DNA from: a virus
Strand: one strand, 5' to 3'
DNA length: 64,000 nucleotides
Virus record (IMG/VR): IMGVR_UViG_3300024999_000040
Coordinates: 64,001 to 128,000 of that record
Both the position numbers and the translations under genes were made by a program. The notes below the pieces were generated by a model that saw nothing but the letters and a program-made list of their open reading frames with translations, searched no databases and had not been told where the DNA came from. Shown here in pieces: positions 62,887 to 64,000 of the stretch. Every line of letters starts with the position of its first letter. Position 1 is the first letter of the stretch.

Positions 62887-63295
62887 TATTTATATTCTCT
62901 CTTTCTATTTGTTCTACAGCATTTAATAAACATTCATATGAAGATTGAAGTCCTGATCTATCATCAAGCATTATATTGTAATAAATTTTTCTACCTGTAA
63001 ACTTTATAAAGTCAAAATTATTATTTATTCTATCAAACGGAATATTATTACTATATAAATAATCTTTGATTTTTCCATATTCATCTTCTCCACAACATGT
63101 GAATACTACAAAATACGCTCCAGCCTTATCGTATCTTTGTAGTAGTGAGATTACATCAGTATAAGTTCTGCCTTTCTTCCAGAAATCAAATACAGTATCA
63201 TCGAAATCATAAGCAATAATAATCTTACCGTATTTCTTCCATTCCTCTATAAGTCTATTAATTACATTTTCATTATTTAAATAATAATCCATCAT
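62879..63295 (-). CDS. HAD-superfamily phosphatase-like protein
   Basis: IAYDFDDTV, FT, K, LDD. Confidence 0.75.
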   Translation of the reverse strand: MMDYYLNNENVINRLIEEWKKYGKIIIAYDFDDTVFDFWKKGRTYTDVISLLQRYDKAGAYFVVFTCCGEDEYGKIKDYLYSNNIPFDRINNNFDFIKFTGRKIYYNIMLDDRSGLQSSYECLLNAVEQIERENINNE

Positions 63296-64000
63296 CCAAT
63301 AACTCCTGTTCCTTGAATAGGATATATCTTTATTCTATCATTCAATTCTTCAGTAATAATACTATTTGTAGTATATACTTTGTTAATTAAATCGGTTTTA
63401 AATATATCACCTTTGTAAATTGAATCTTCAGCATGACCAATTACAAGATATACTTCTCCAGCTCCAAGTTCTATTAACTTTCTAGCTCCTAACATGAATG
63501 TACCACCATAAGAAGATAAATCATCTATCATTATTACTTTAAAACCTTTTGACTTAACTTCTCCAAGGACTTCAAGGCTTGTAATTTTGCCTGTTTGAAA
63601 ATCTCTATGTTTAAATCCTACTAGAGAATTTTTAACTTTAATCATTTTACTATACCTTTTCTCACTACCAGCATCAGGGAAGTAAATATAATCCTCATCC
63701 TCATTAAAATTCATTCTAACCTTAACATCAGATAGAATATTAACAGATGGAAAACTGATCTCACAATTATTGAGTAATGCAGGTGTAACATCAGAATGAG
63801 GTTCAATTACCGTTACTTTTTCAAAATTAAGTTTATTGATAAAGTCTGCTACATATTTTAATGTGAAAGCTGAACCACCTTCAGACCTATCCATTCTACT
63901 ATATGGCATATAATATATTACCAATTCAGATTGCTTTTTAAGTATGTCCAAATAGCGTTTAACAAACATAAGTTTAATTAAATTACTATCATTCTCATAT
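63292..64000 (-). CDS. PRPP synthetase-like (Prs/Adps); 5' end outside the window
   Basis: YMPYSRMDR, EPHS, FPDAG, K.RD, IDDLSSYGGTF, TTNS; frame is open to the window edge. Confidence 0.88.
   Translation of the reverse strand, partial: YENDSNLIKLMFVKRYLDILKKQSELVIYYMPYSRMDRSEGGSAFTLKYVADFINKLNFEKVTVIEPHSDVTPALLNNCEISFPSVNILSDVKVRMNFNEDEDYIYFPDAGSEKRYSKMIKVKNSLVGFKHRDFQTGKITSLEVLGEVKSKGFKVIMIDDLSSYGGTFMLGARKLIELGAGEVYLVIGHAEDSIYKGDIFKTDLINKVYTTNSIITEELNDRIKIYPIQGTGVIG

Overview
AT-rich 64-kb segment of a large Firmicutes (probably Clostridia-infecting) phage or prophage. Essentially all real genes lie on the minus strand, with AGGAGG/GAAAGGA-type RBSs and sigmaA-type promoters. Core modules: nucleotide metabolism (5'-nucleotidase, dNMP kinase, ThyX, dUTPase, NrdG/NrdD/NrdH-like), replication/recombination (ERCC4 nuclease, PolIII alpha, UvrD-like helicase, DnaB, SSB, Sak4-like ATPase), NAD-dependent ligase, sigma factor, a tRNA/structured-RNA cluster and a PRS-like + NAMPT-like NAD module. 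A cas5 gene and the start of a probable cas6 sit at the left edge; no CRISPR array is visible. Between the core modules are long runs of small accessory genes. The strongest unexplained signal is a 22-bp palindromic element, CRATRAAA-N6-TTTYATYG, found about 30 times by eye at accessory gene boundaries (over or next to the upstream stop codon, just before the next RBS) and not seen inside core operons. It has the geometry of a tyrosine-recombinase site and suggests an integron-like cassette-shuffling system. Other signals: two genes each bracketed by hairpins with complementary, covarying loops; a promoter class with a conserved spacer box; several structured ncRNA candidates; and signs of gene decay. 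All calls are by-eye motif recognition; no searches were run.
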